Shown here piece by piece: positions 21,813 through 31,317 of a DNA stretch of 64,000 nucleotides (positions are counted from its first letter, which is position 1; every line of letters starts with the position of its first letter). Below the pieces are notes generated by a model, which saw only the letters and a list, made by a program, of their open reading frames with translations, was not told the origin of the DNA and did not search any database. Where the stretch lies: contig JAVBPM010000002.1 in the NCBI GenBank assembly GCA_031549605.1, positions 9,254-73,253 on the forward strand, read 5' to 3'. This DNA comes from Oscillospiraceae bacterium (GTDB lineage Bacteria; Bacillota; Clostridia; Oscillospirales; UBA929). The translations under genes were made by a program, and so were the position numbers.

Positions 21813-21830
21813 ATCTATAAAAATTGCCAA

Positions 21831-22646
21831 CTACGGCAGCAGCGCGTAGGTCACCAGCTCCAGCGCCATCGTCTCGGGGTCGGGCACACGCACCAGCGCG
21901 ATGACCACCTTGCCGCTGTCGACCAGTGGCCGACTGCCGTTCTCCACTTCTGCTTGCGACACGGTAACAGCCAGCGCCTTGAGCCGTTCGGGCACTTCTT
22001 CGGTCAGCGCGTAGGTCGTGTTGCGGGTCATGTGATACAGCCGGTAGTCACCGTCGACCTGTGTCACCAGCGCCGGAAACACATAGACATCGCCGTCGTT
22101 TTGCGTACCGTCCGGGTTGTTTACGCGCACCTTGTCAATGCCCGCGTTGGGGTCGAGCAACTGGCTCAGTCGGCCGTAGCCCATCAGCGGCTCTAAAAAT
22201 ACCGAGTTCTCTCCCAGAGGGTCGTCCTCACCGGCGGGGTACAATCCCGTGTTTGTCTCGTCAAAGAGCAGCACAAACAGCTCGTCGACCGATACAACCT
22301 CCAACTCCTCGCCGCCGGTTGATGCAACAATGACCTGCTGATCGGCGGCGGTAAACAGCGCGCGGTTGTCAAAGGCATCACTGCCGCTCGCATAGCTCAC
22401 CGGCGCAACTTGGCTGCAGAGCAAAAATCCCTGCCCGCCTGTGGGCTGTCGGTAGTCCTTGTCAAAACGGACAAAGCCAACGCGCACCCGCGGATTGGCA
22501 TCGTCATAGCTGCCGCACACGGCCACCTGCGCAGGCCGTTGACCAATCCATTGCGCCAAAGGCAGATCAGACGTGGGAGACGACACCTGACGGCCACCAC
22601 AGCCAGTCAAACACCCCAGCAGCAGCAACAGACATAACGCCTTCAT
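21831..22646 (-). CDS. Hypothetical lipoprotein
   Basis: Track ORF 21831..22940. The real start is ATG 22646, giving MKALCLLLLLGCLTGCGG (lipobox LTGC). No recognisable domain. Confidence 0.7.
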   Translation of the reverse strand: MKALCLLLLLGCLTGCGGRQVSSPTSDLPLAQWIGQRPAQVAVCGSYDDANPRVRVGFVRFDKDYRQPTGGQGFLLCSQVAPVSYASGSDAFDNRALFTAADQQVIVASTGGEELEVVSVDELFVLLFDETNTGLYPAGEDDPLGENSVFLEPLMGYGRLSQLLDPNAGIDKVRVNNPDGTQNDGDVYVFPALVTQVDGDYRLYHMTRNTTYALTEEVPERLKALAVTVSQAEVENGSRPLVDSGKVVIALVRVPDPETMALELVTYALLP

Positions 22647-22756
22647 ATACTCACGCCTTTCTCTGTCATTATCTCTTCCATATCGTTGTACCACAAACAC
22701 CCATTGTTGGCAAGCCGTAGCTGGCCGCAAAAACCGCCTGTCAGCCGATGTACGGC

Positions 22757-22785
22757 TTGACGTCACGGCGCGAAACACATATAAT
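22757..22785 (+). promoter_or_regulatory. Candidate promoter for the AsnC-aminotransferase operon
   Basis: TTGACG (22757-22762), a 17-nt spacer, then TATAAT (22780-22785). Confidence 0.55.
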
Positions 22786-22812
22786 ATTACAATTATCACA
22801 AGGAGGTGCCCC

Positions 22813-23292
22813 ATGATTGATATTCTCAAGCTGCTGGAAGCCGACAGCACCCTGACCGCCGCGCAAATTGCCGCGCTGCTGCACCGTGACGCGGCCGAGG
22901 TGGCGGCTGTGATTGCCGATTGCGAAAAGCAGGGCATCATTTTGGGTTACAAGGCTAAAATCGATTGGGACAAGACCGACCGCGAGACGGTCACGGCGCT
23001 GCTGGAGGTCAAGGTAACGCCGCAGCGCGACAACGGCTTTGACCGCGTGGCCGAGCGCGTTTATCAATACGACGAGGTCGAGAGCCTCTACCTGATGTCG
23101 GGTAGCTACGACTTTTCGATTCTCATCACCGGCCGCACACTGAAAGAGGTGGCGCTGTTTGTCGCCGAGAAGCTGAGTCCGCTCGACTCGGTTACCAGTG
23201 TCTCAACCCACTTTTTGCTGCGCAAATACAAAGAAAACGGCATGATTTACCCGCAAAATGACGAGGGTCAGGAAAGGATTACACTGCTGTGA
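22813..23292 (+). CDS. Lrp/AsnC family transcriptional regulator
   Basis: 159 aa with an N-terminal HTH (MIDILKLLEADSTLTAAQIAALL) and a C-terminal RAM/AsnC_trans_reg-like domain. Confidence 0.85.
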   Translation: MIDILKLLEADSTLTAAQIAALLHRDAAEVAAVIADCEKQGIILGYKAKIDWDKTDRETVTALLEVKVTPQRDNGFDRVAERVYQYDEVESLYLMSGSYDFSILITGRTLKEVALFVAEKLSPLDSVTSVSTHFLLRKYKENGMIYPQNDEGQERITLL

Positions 23293-24452
23293 GCTTTACA
23301 TTACAACTCGGCACTATTGCCCAAAGTCTGCCGCCCTCACCCATCCGCCGGTTCTTTGATTTGGTGGAGTCCAACAAGGACGCTATCAGCCTCGGCGTGG
23401 GTGAGCCTGACTTTATCACGCCCTTCCACATTCGTGACGAGGGCATTTTCAGCTTGGAAAAAGGCTATACCAAATACACGCCCAACGCCGGCATTACCGT
23501 GCTGCGTCAGGAAGTGTCCAAGTACATGAGCCGCCATTACAACCTCACTTACGACTACGCCAACCAGACGCTGATTACCGTCGGCGGCAGCGAGGCCATT
23601 GACCTCTGTCTGCGCGCGGTGCTCAACCCCGGCGACGAGGTGCTGATTCCCGAGCCGTCGTTTGTCTGCTACCGTCCGCTGACGGCACTGGCCGGCGGTG
23701 TGCCGGTGGGCATTGAGACAGTCGCTCAGGAAAAATTTCGCCTGACACCCGACCGGCTCAAGGCGGCCATCACGCCGCGCACCAAAGTGCTTATCCTGCC
23801 CTTCCCCAACAACCCGACCGGCGGCATTATGGAGCGCGCCGACCTCGAGGCCATTGCCGCAATTCTGCGCGACACCAACATTTTGGTGCTGTCAGATGAG
23901 ATTTACGCCCAGCTGACCTATGGTGTGCGTCACGTCTCCATTGCCGAAATTGACGGCATGTATGACCGCACGCTGGTGGTCAACGGCTTTTCCAAATCAC
24001 ACGCCATGACCGGCTGGCGCATGGGCTTTGCCTGCGGCCCGGCCGCGCTGATTGGCCAGATGACGCGCATCCATCAGTACGCCATTATGAGCGCACCGAC
24101 CACCAGTCAATACGCCGCCACCGTGGCGCTGCGCGACGGCGACAACGACGTGGTGCACATGCGCGACGATTACGACCGCCGCCGCCATTTGGTGTTGACG
24201 GCGTTTGAGCGTATGGGCCTGCCCTGCTTTGAGCCGCAGGGCGCGTTCTACGCCTTTCCCTGCATTGCCGACACCGGACTGAGCAGCGTCGAGTTTTGCG
24301 AGCGCTTTTTGGTCGAGCACGGCGTGGCCGTCATTCCCGGCGACGGTTTTGGTGCCGGTGGCGAGGGCTTTATCCGCTGCTGCTACGCCACCAGCGTCCA
24401 TCAGCTGACCGAGGCCTTTGACCGCATGGAGCGCTTCTTAAAAACACTGTAA
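23289..24452 (+). CDS. Pyridoxal-phosphate-dependent aminotransferase, class I/II
   Basis: 387 aa with LGVGEPDF, PNNPTG and NGFSKSHAMTGWR (PLP lysine) motifs. It overlaps the AsnC stop by 4 nt. Confidence 0.9.
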   Translation: MSFTLQLGTIAQSLPPSPIRRFFDLVESNKDAISLGVGEPDFITPFHIRDEGIFSLEKGYTKYTPNAGITVLRQEVSKYMSRHYNLTYDYANQTLITVGGSEAIDLCLRAVLNPGDEVLIPEPSFVCYRPLTALAGGVPVGIETVAQEKFRLTPDRLKAAITPRTKVLILPFPNNPTGGIMERADLEAIAAILRDTNILVLSDEIYAQLTYGVRHVSIAEIDGMYDRTLVVNGFSKSHAMTGWRMGFACGPAALIGQMTRIHQYAIMSAPTTSQYAATVALRDGDNDVVHMRDDYDRRRHLVLTAFERMGLPCFEPQGAFYAFPCIADTGLSSVEFCERFLVEHGVAVIPGDGFGAGGEGFIRCCYATSVHQLTEAFDRMERFLKTL

Positions 24453-24459
24453 ACGAGGG

Positions 24460-25587
24460 ATGGCTATGGATACCCGCGTCTATGCCGGACGTTGCACCAG
24501 CTATGACCAAACGGAGGTCGACGCCGCCGTCGGTGCGGCACTGGCCGCCTTTGGCGGCGTGGGCGCGCTGGCCAAGCCGGGCCAGCGTGTTCTGCTCAAA
24601 CCCAACCTGGTGATGCCGCGCAAGCCGGAGGACGCCACCACCACACATCCCGCCGTTATTGCCGCGCTCTGTCGACTTTTCATCGCCCACGGCTGCACGG
24701 TTGAAATCGCCGACTCCTGCGGCGGCCCGTACAACATGGCCACCTCTAAGGTGCTGTACAAGGTAACCGGCATGGCCGACGTCGCGGAACAGACAGGCGC
24801 ACTGCTGCGCTATGACTCAACATCAACCGCCACGCCCATTCCGTCAACACTGGGCCAGCCGCACCGACTGAACATCATCCAGCCCATCGTCGACGCCGAC
24901 GTTGTTATCAGCGTCGCCAAGCTGAAAACGCACGGGCTGGGCCACTACACCGGCGCGGTCAAGAATATGTACGGCGCTGTGGCGGGTCTGCAAAAGGCGC
25001 GGGGCCACGCCGCGTACAAAACGCGACAGGACTTTTTTTCCGGCATTGTCGATCTCTATGAGGCGCTGGCACCCGATTTTTGCCTGATTGACGGCATTTG
25101 GGGTATGGAGGGCAACGGCCCCAGCGGCGGCGTGCCCAAGCGCGCCAACGTGCTGCTGGCCGGTCGCAACGCCCACGCCGTCGATTTGCTGGCCGTCTGG
25201 CTGATGTACCTTGATGCAAGCAAGGTACACACGCTGACCCACGCGCAGCAGCGCGGCTTGGCGCCGACATCGGTTGAACAGCTCGATTTGTCGGGCGACG
25301 ACGTCGCCACGCTGCGTACGCGCTTTGCACCACCCAACCACGACGTGGGCAAGCAGTTTCCGCTTCAGTTTCTCTACCCCGACTGGTTGATGAACCGGTT
25401 GGCCAATGCCCGCCTGCCCTACCCCACCATTGACGAGGACAAGTGCATTGGCTGCGGCGACTGCGTGCGCATCTGCCCCAAAAAGGCGGCGCATCTCAAG
25501 CAGCGCAAGGCCTATGTCATTAACAGCCGCTGCATTCGCTGCTACTGCTGTCACGAGGCCTGCCCCGTCAAGGCGATAAACCTGTGA
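24460..25587 (+). CDS. DUF362 domain protein with C-terminal 2x[4Fe-4S] ferredoxin domain
   Basis: 375 aa. VLLKPNLV is a DUF362-type N-terminus. CIGCGDCVRICP and CIRCYCCHEACP are the cluster motifs. Confidence 0.8.
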   Translation: MAMDTRVYAGRCTSYDQTEVDAAVGAALAAFGGVGALAKPGQRVLLKPNLVMPRKPEDATTTHPAVIAALCRLFIAHGCTVEIADSCGGPYNMATSKVLYKVTGMADVAEQTGALLRYDSTSTATPIPSTLGQPHRLNIIQPIVDADVVISVAKLKTHGLGHYTGAVKNMYGAVAGLQKARGHAAYKTRQDFFSGIVDLYEALAPDFCLIDGIWGMEGNGPSGGVPKRANVLLAGRNAHAVDLLAVWLMYLDASKVHTLTHAQQRGLAPTSVEQLDLSGDDVATLRTRFAPPNHDVGKQFPLQFLYPDWLMNRLANARLPYPTIDEDKCIGCGDCVRICPKKAAHLKQRKAYVINSRCIRCYCCHEACPVKAINL

Positions 25588-25600
25588 AAGGCGACCGCCC

Positions 25601-26461
25601 ATGAAGCTATTGGAAAAGGCATACGCCAAAATTAACCTGACGCTCGACGTGCTGGCCAAGCGGCCCGACGGCTACCACGAGCTGCTGTCGGTCATGCAGA
25701 CGCTGGCCTTTTGTGATGCGCTGACGTTGACGACCAACAACAGCGGCCGCATTACAACCGCCAGCAACCTGCCCTTTTTGCCGCGCGACAGCCGCAATCT
25801 GGTCGTTGCCGCCGCGCTGGCCTATTACCGCGCCGCGAATATGACGCCGACCGGCCTGCATATTCAGGTGGAAAAACGCGTGCCCGTCTGCGCCGGCTTG
25901 GGCGGCGGCAGCTCCGACGCCGCCGCAACGCTGCGCGGACTCAACAAGCTGCACAACGGCGCGCTGACCGATGAACAGCTGCTGGCTCTGGCCGCGGAAA
26001 TCGGCTCGGACGTCGCCTTTTGCGTCCATGGTGGCACACAGCTGGCGCGCGGGCGCGGCGAGATACTATCGCCGCTGCCGCCGCTGCCTTTCTGCCATGT
26101 TGTGCTGTGTAAGCCGCCGGTGGCGGTGTCGACAGCCGCCATTTTCGGCCAGCTCAAGGTCGACGCCATCGCGCATCGACCCGACACCGACACGTTTATA
26201 CAGGCGCTGCACAACAGCGACCTCAACGCCGCCGCCGCTCAGCTGCACAATGTCATGGCCAGCGACGCGCTGTTTCCCGACCTGGCCGGTATTTTGGCTA
26301 CGCTGCGGCAGCACGGCGCGCTGGGCGCTGTCATGAGCGGCAGCGGCCCGACCGCGTTCGGCCTGTTTGACGACCTGACCGCCGCCACGGCCGCCGCCAA
26401 TGCGCTGCGCCGCCACTATCAAGAGGTGTTTACCACCAGCACAAAGGAGTCACTGGTATGA
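25601..26461 (+). CDS. ispE: 4-(cytidine 5'-diphospho)-2-C-methyl-D-erythritol kinase
   Basis: 286 aa with AYAKINLTLDV and PVCAGLGGGSSDAAATL GHMP-kinase motifs. Confidence 0.9.
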   Translation: MKLLEKAYAKINLTLDVLAKRPDGYHELLSVMQTLAFCDALTLTTNNSGRITTASNLPFLPRDSRNLVVAAALAYYRAANMTPTGLHIQVEKRVPVCAGLGGGSSDAAATLRGLNKLHNGALTDEQLLALAAEIGSDVAFCVHGGTQLARGRGEILSPLPPLPFCHVVLCKPPVAVSTAAIFGQLKVDAIAHRPDTDTFIQALHNSDLNAAAAQLHNVMASDALFPDLAGILATLRQHGALGAVMSGSGPTAFGLFDDLTAATAAANALRRHYQEVFTTSTKESLV

Positions 26462-27063
26462 TTGCCGTTATCGACTACGACGCCGGCAACACCGGCAGCG
26501 TGTGCAACGCACTGTCGCGGTTGGGCGTGACGCCGCTGCTGACCGCCGACCCGTCGGCGCTGGCCGAGGCGTCGCACATTCTGCTGCCCGGTGTCGGCGA
26601 CTTCGGCGCCGCCGCCGCCTCACTTAAAGCGCGCGGTCTCTTTGCACCCATAGTCAACCTTATTGCCGACGGCAAGCCCTTTTTGGGTATTTGCGTCGGT
26701 CTGCAGCTGCTGTTTGAGGGCAGTCAGGAATCGCCCGGCGCCACGGGTCTGGGCATTTTCAAAGGCACGTCGGCACGCTTTACCGGCGAGCAACACCTCA
26801 AGGTGCCGCATATGGGCTGGAACCGACTGTCGCTGGCAAGCGAAGGCGGCTTGCTGGGCGACGGCAACCCTTGGGCGTACTTTGTCCACTCCTTTTACGT
26901 CCAGCCAGCTGACCCGTCCATCGTCACGGCCACAGCCGACTACCCGACGCCCTTCTGCGCGGCGGTCGGACGCGGCAACGTGCAGGCGGTGCAGTTCCAC
27001 CCCGAAAAAAGCGGCCGGACGGGACTGGCCATGCTGCAACGCTTTATCGGAGGTGACGCCTGA
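26458..27063 (+). CDS. hisH: Imidazole glycerol phosphate synthase, glutamine amidotransferase subunit
   Basis: 201 aa with [24 protein letters not shown] (catalytic Cys) and QFHPEKS. Its start overlaps the ispE stop as ATGA. Confidence 0.9.
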   Translation: MIAVIDYDAGNTGSVCNALSRLGVTPLLTADPSALAEASHILLPGVGDFGAAAASLKARGLFAPIVNLIADGKPFLGICVGLQLLFEGSQESPGATGLGIFKGTSARFTGEQHLKVPHMGWNRLSLASEGGLLGDGNPWAYFVHSFYVQPADPSIVTATADYPTPFCAAVGRGNVQAVQFHPEKSGRTGLAMLQRFIGGDA

Positions 27064-27827
27064 TGGTGGCCAAGCGTATCATCGCGGCGCTCGACATCAA
27101 GGGCGACCGCGTCGTCAAGGGCGTCAACTTTCAAAATATGCGCGACGCCGGTGACCCGGTTGAATGTGCCGTCGCCTACGAGCGGCGCGGCATTGACGAG
27201 CTGGTGTTTCTGGACATCAATGCCACGCACGAAAACCGCGCACTGCTGCTCGATTTGGCAACGCGCATCGCGCGACACATCTCCATCCCCTTTACCGTCG
27301 GCGGTGGCGTGCGCAGCGTCGACGACTTTGCCCAGCTGCTGAAAGCGGGTGCCGACAAGGTCTTTATCAACAGCGCGGCGCTGTTTGACCCCGAGCTTAT
27401 CACCATGGCGGCGCAGCGATTTGGCAGCCAGTGCGTGGTCGTCGCCATTGACGCCAAGCGCGGCGAGCGCGGCTGGCAGGTTTACACCCACGGCGGCCGC
27501 AAGCCCTTTGGTCTTGACGCCGTCGACTGGGCACGCCAAGCGGCCGAGCGCGGCTGCGGCGAGATACTGCTGACCGGCATGGACACCGACGGCACTATGG
27601 CCGGCTTTGCGCTGGAACTGACGCGCGCCGTCAGCGACTCCGTCAGCGTGCCGGTTATCGCCTCGGGCGGTGCCGGTACCGTGCAACACTTTGTCGATGT
27701 GCTGACCGATGGCCATGCCGACGCGGCGCTGGCCGCCTCGCTGTTTCACGACGGCCATATGGATATCGACGCATTGAAGCAGGAGCTGACGGCTCATGGG
27801 CTCTATGTTCGCCGCGATTTGGCGTAA
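27063..27827 (+). CDS. hisF: Imidazole glycerol phosphate synthase, cyclase subunit
   Basis: 254 aa with [27 protein letters not shown] and ASGGAG motifs. The start overlaps the hisH stop by 1 nt. Confidence 0.93.
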   Translation: MVAKRIIAALDIKGDRVVKGVNFQNMRDAGDPVECAVAYERRGIDELVFLDINATHENRALLLDLATRIARHISIPFTVGGGVRSVDDFAQLLKAGADKVFINSAALFDPELITMAAQRFGSQCVVVAIDAKRGERGWQVYTHGGRKPFGLDAVDWARQAAERGCGEILLTGMDTDGTMAGFALELTRAVSDSVSVPVIASGGAGTVQHFVDVLTDGHADAALAASLFHDGHMDIDALKQELTAHGLYVRRDLA

Positions 27828-28917
27828 GGGCTGGCGACGTCGGCTGACACTGGCGGCGATGTTGCTGGTGTGTACAGCGTTGCCGTGGCTGATTGCCACC
27901 GGCTCGCCGCAGACGGTGCTGACCTTTTTCCGGCCTGTCGGACGTTTTCTCTCGCGCATTTTGGCTATACTTTGTTCTGTAGTGCCCTTTTCGCTCTACG
28001 AATGGGTCGTTGTCGCCGCCGCGCTGCTGGGGTTGTTTCTGCTGGTGCGGCTGATTGTGCGGCTTGTCCGCCGCGACGACAAGCTACACCTGCTGCTCAA
28101 CGCCATGGCCGGCCTGCTGGTGACAGCGCTGTCACTGGCCTGTGCCTTTACCTGGCTGTGGGGTCTCAACTATGTCGCGCCGCCACTGGCGCAGACGCTG
28201 GGACTACACGTCGAAACGCCCGACAGCGTGCTACTCAAGCGCGTGACGCTCGATTTGGCGGAAAAGGCGGCGGCGCTCGCGCCGCAGGTAACGCGCGCCG
28301 AGCATGGCGTCATGGTTGACCGCGGCCTGTCGATCTACGGCGCTCAAGCGCTGCGCGCCTACGATGTGCTGGCACAAACCGACGACCGTTACGCCAACGC
28401 CACGCCGTCAATCAAGCGCGTCACCGGCTGGTGGCTGATGTCGTCAATGGGCATCTCGGGTATGTATTTTCCCTTTACGGGTGAGTGCAACGTCAATCCC
28501 GACTGCCCGGCGTCGTCACTGCCATTTACCGCCTGCCACGAGATAGCCCACCGGCTGGGCTTTGCGCCGGAAAACGAGGCCAACTACATCGCCTATCTCG
28601 CCAGCACCCACGCGCCCGACGTCGACACGCGCTACAGCGGCTATCTGGAGTCGATGTTTTACTGTTACAACAAGCTGTCGGACGACGACCGCGCCGAGGT
28701 GTGCGCGCGGCTCAACGATGAGGTTTTTGCCGATTGGGGCGCGCAGTCGGCACATTACGACAAGTACAACAGCAAACTGCGCGAAATCAGCACGCAAATC
28801 AACGACAGCTATCTGCAGGCGGTGGGTCAACCGCAGGGCGTGCAGAGCTATGGCATGGTTGTCGAGCTGATTATGGCCGACTACATCAAATACAACCGCT
28901 TCGGAGGTGCGCCATGA
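27796..28917 (+). CDS. DUF3810-like membrane metallopeptidase-fold protein
   Basis: 373 aa with N-terminal TM helices and an HEIAH (HExxH) motif. The family assignment is from memory of DUF3810 architecture. ATG 27796 lies 10 nt after AGGAG. Confidence 0.65.
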   Translation: MGSMFAAIWRKGWRRRLTLAAMLLVCTALPWLIATGSPQTVLTFFRPVGRFLSRILAILCSVVPFSLYEWVVVAAALLGLFLLVRLIVRLVRRDDKLHLLLNAMAGLLVTALSLACAFTWLWGLNYVAPPLAQTLGLHVETPDSVLLKRVTLDLAEKAAALAPQVTRAEHGVMVDRGLSIYGAQALRAYDVLAQTDDRYANATPSIKRVTGWWLMSSMGISGMYFPFTGECNVNPDCPASSLPFTACHEIAHRLGFAPENEANYIAYLASTHAPDVDTRYSGYLESMFYCYNKLSDDDRAEVCARLNDEVFADWGAQSAHYDKYNSKLREISTQINDSYLQAVGQPQGVQSYGMVVELIMADYIKYNRFGGAP

Positions 28918-29714
28918 GAAAAGCCTTTAACCGTTTCTGTTACAAATACGAGCGCTACGGCATTGCCAACCTGATGACCTATGTCGCCGGCGGCTATGTC
29001 ATTGCGTTTCTCTTTATGCTGGCCAAGCCGGAGCTGTATGCCTCGCTGATTTTCTACTGGCCGGCCGTAGCCGACGGCGAGGTGTGGCGCGTTGTCACGT
29101 TTTTGCTCTGTCCGCCCACCGACAGCGTGTTTTTCATTCTCTTTGCCGCGCTGTTCACTGCCTACATCGGTCGCTCGCTGGAGCAGGCATGGGGCAAGAT
29201 GAAGCTGACGGTGTACTACTTCTCGGGCGCGTTATTGTCGCTCGTCGCCGCCACCATCTTTGGCTTTCCCATGGACGGCACGTATCTCAACTTCTCGCTC
29301 TTCTTTGCCTTTGCCACGCTCTTCCCCGACGAGCAAATTCAGATTTACTTTATTCTGCCGATTAAGGTCAAGTACCTCGCCATATTTCAAGCCGTTGTCT
29401 TTGCCATTCAGGTCTACCGGCTGCCGGGCTGGTATCGGTTGGCACCGGTGGTCGCCGTGGCCAACTACCTCATTTTCTTCTGGCCCGACCTGCTGGCCAT
29501 TTTGCGCCGCAAGCCGTTGCAGCAGTTTAAGCGCCGCGCGCAGTACCATGGGCAGGTCAGCCGCGCTAAGCGCGCGAAGGACTACACCCACAAGTGCGCC
29601 GTCTGCGGACTGACCGACGTCGACGACCCCGACATGGAGTTCCGCTACTGCTCGCTGTGCAAGGATGTGCCCTGCTATTGCTCCAAGCACCTGTTCGGCC
29701 ACAAACACACCTAA
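28914..29714 (+). CDS. Rhomboid-like multi-pass membrane protein with C-terminal Cys-rich zinc-finger tail
   Basis: In-frame part of track ORF 28734..29714. ATG 28914 follows GGAGGTG. It has an EVWRVVTFLL (rhomboid WR-type) motif and YFSGALL. The tail reads CAVCG...YCSLCKDVPCYCSKHLFGHKH. Confidence 0.55.
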   Translation: MRKAFNRFCYKYERYGIANLMTYVAGGYVIAFLFMLAKPELYASLIFYWPAVADGEVWRVVTFLLCPPTDSVFFILFAALFTAYIGRSLEQAWGKMKLTVYYFSGALLSLVAATIFGFPMDGTYLNFSLFFAFATLFPDEQIQIYFILPIKVKYLAIFQAVVFAIQVYRLPGWYRLAPVVAVANYLIFFWPDLLAILRRKPLQQFKRRAQYHGQVSRAKRAKDYTHKCAVCGLTDVDDPDMEFRYCSLCKDVPCYCSKHLFGHKHT

Positions 29715-29748
29715 TTAAAAAACGTGGCCGCAGCGCCACGTTTTTTTA
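29715..29748. terminator. Bidirectional intrinsic terminator at a convergent junction (single hairpin)
   Basis: AAAAAACGTGGC-CGCAGC-GCCACGTTTTTTT, that is an A-run, stem and T-run. Confidence 0.65.
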
Positions 29749-30042
29749 TAAGCCACCCATCACCAGCAAAACAAGTGTCAACACCAGCTCTAAGTCGCCG
29801 CCCTCCAGCACGAGAAAGAGAATTATGGCCAACAGCAGCAGATCACTGATGTCCAGATTGCGAAAGAGCGAGGACAGACCGCCACCTGTACCGCCACGCG
29901 GCGTATGGTCGGCGGTCGGCACGACCGGCGCCGCCGCCGCCGGTGCTACCGGCGGCGTTTTGGCAAAGCCGGGCAATGGCGGACGGGCGGGCGGGTCCTC
30001 ATCCTCCCACAGACCGCCCGACCGCATATAACGACTGTACAC
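29746..30042 (-). CDS. Hypothetical small protein: Pro/Ala-rich N-terminal half and acidic-hydrophobic C-terminal helix
   Basis: 98-aa ORF, third gene of a tightly packed trio. No recognisable domain. Confidence 0.5.
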   Translation of the reverse strand: MYSRYMRSGGLWEDEDPPARPPLPGFAKTPPVAPAAAAPVVPTADHTPRGGTGGGLSSLFRNLDISDLLLLAIILFLVLEGGDLELVLTLVLLVMGGL

Positions 30043-30046
30043 AGGC

Positions 30047-30454
30047 TCACCTCCCGCCGCCCAACGTTTCTAAGGCGATACGCGCCGTGTGGGCCAGCTT
30101 GACTAAGTTAACCGCTTGATCCATCTTGCTGCGCCGCTCCTCGCGCATATAGGGTTTTAATGCGTGCAGCAGCCGGACACGCTCGTCGTCGGGCCGGTTG
30201 TATTCGCCGATGATGCGCGACAGGCTGTTGAGCATCTTGGGGTCTATGCTGCTCATCATTTTGATTAAATCGCCGGTATCGCTGCCGGACAGGGCATTGA
30301 CGACCGCCGGCAGCGTGCTGCCGTGTGACGACGCCGGCTCGGCGGCCGGCGCTGCACTTTGCCCACCAGACAGGCTCTTGGCCATGGTCATGACCTTTTC
30401 CATGCTGGCCGGGTCGTTGAGCAGCGCCGACAGCTTGCTCTCCATGCCCTCCAT
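30047..30454 (-). CDS. Hypothetical protein
   Basis: 135-aa ORF. It starts at the stop of the upstream ORF (ATGA overlap at 30454) and ends 4 nt before the next ORF. Confidence 0.55.
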   Translation of the reverse strand: MEGMESKLSALLNDPASMEKVMTMAKSLSGGQSAAPAAEPASSHGSTLPAVVNALSGSDTGDLIKMMSSIDPKMLNSLSRIIGEYNRPDDERVRLLHALKPYMREERRSKMDQAVNLVKLAHTARIALETLGGGR

Positions 30455-30720
30455 CAGACGCCCTCGGTGGCTTTCCTAACCTGTTCCATCAACTGCTTGC
30501 CCTGATCGCTGGCCATCATGTTTTGCAACAGCGCCGACATCGCCTGCGCGTCACCCTGCATGGCCTTGGTCGCCTCGGGCCTGTGCTTAAAGCCCTCCAA
30601 ACTGCGCTGGTTCTCGGGCGTGTTGAGCTTGCCTAATATCGACTCGAGATTGGCCGCCGCCTTGGCGCCCTTAGGGTTTTGGGCCAACATCTGCTGAAGT
30701 TTCTTTTCCCGCTCGGTCAT
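30454..30720 (-). CDS. Hypothetical small helical protein
   Basis: 88-aa ORF, first gene of the trio. Confidence 0.55.
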   Translation of the reverse strand: MTEREKKLQQMLAQNPKGAKAAANLESILGKLNTPENQRSLEGFKHRPEATKAMQGDAQAMSALLQNMMASDQGKQLMEQVRKATEGV

Positions 30721-30773
30721 ATCCGACGCCTCCTCTACATAGTCCTCACACTATCATATTCACCAACAGGGAA

Positions 30774-31253
30774 GTGATAACCTTGTCCGCACTTATTTTT
30801 TCCGACAGCCATGGCAGCCTGTCGGGTATGTGCGCCGCCATCGAGCGCCACACACCTGACACCGTCCTGCATCTGGGCGATTGCGCGCGCGACGCCGAGC
30901 GGCTGGCCGACTACTATCCGACGCTGACCATCCACAGCGTCAGCGGCAACTGCGACTTTGTGACCACCACGCCCGACGCGCGCGTCATTGTCTACCATGG
31001 TCACAAGCTGCTGCTTACCCACGGGCACCGACACGGCGTCAAGCGCAGCCTGAGGCTGCTGGCCGAGGCGGCGGCGGTTTGCCACTGCGAGTGGGCGTTT
31101 TTCGGCCATACACACATCGCCCACCGCAGCGCCATTAACGGCGTCACGCTGTGTAACCCCGGCAGCATCGCTGTTCCGCGTTCCGGCCCATGCAGCTACG
31201 GACAACTCGACGACTATGACGGCGCGCTCGATTTTATCGTATTACCTTTGTAG
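30774..31253 (+). CDS. YfcE/MJ0936-type metallophosphoesterase
   Basis: 159 aa with the SDSHG, LGDC, GNCD, THGH and GHTH metallophosphatase motif series. Confidence 0.85.
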   Translation: MITLSALIFSDSHGSLSGMCAAIERHTPDTVLHLGDCARDAERLADYYPTLTIHSVSGNCDFVTTTPDARVIVYHGHKLLLTHGHRHGVKRSLRLLAEAAAVCHCEWAFFGHTHIAHRSAINGVTLCNPGSIAVPRSGPCSYGQLDDYDGALDFIVLPL

Positions 31254-31257
31254 TAGC

Positions 31258-31286
31258 TTGCACCTTTTGTAAATGTAGTGTATACT
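31258..31286 (+). promoter_or_regulatory. Candidate promoter for the large SLH protein gene
   Basis: TTGCAC (31258-31263), a 17-nt spacer, then TATACT (31281-31286). Confidence 0.5.
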
Positions 31287-31317
31287 AACTGCATTCTGTT
31301 GAAAAAGGCGGTTTGTT

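Noticed and set aside
21566-21813. Small ORFs inside the ~250-bp repeat copies: 21566..21784, 21625..21813, 34513..34713, 34607..34848, 51265..51525 and 51317..51535. They look similar to each other (for example ...CCRNAVLAYRRTPTDSV..., ...IDKVAAPQ...).
   Set aside because: The similarity is at the nucleotide level. The open frame switches between copies: copy B shares IDKVAAPQ with one frame and then continues in the frame of another. The ORFs also run into the unrelated flanking hairpins, and there is no SD motif. The element is treated as non-coding.
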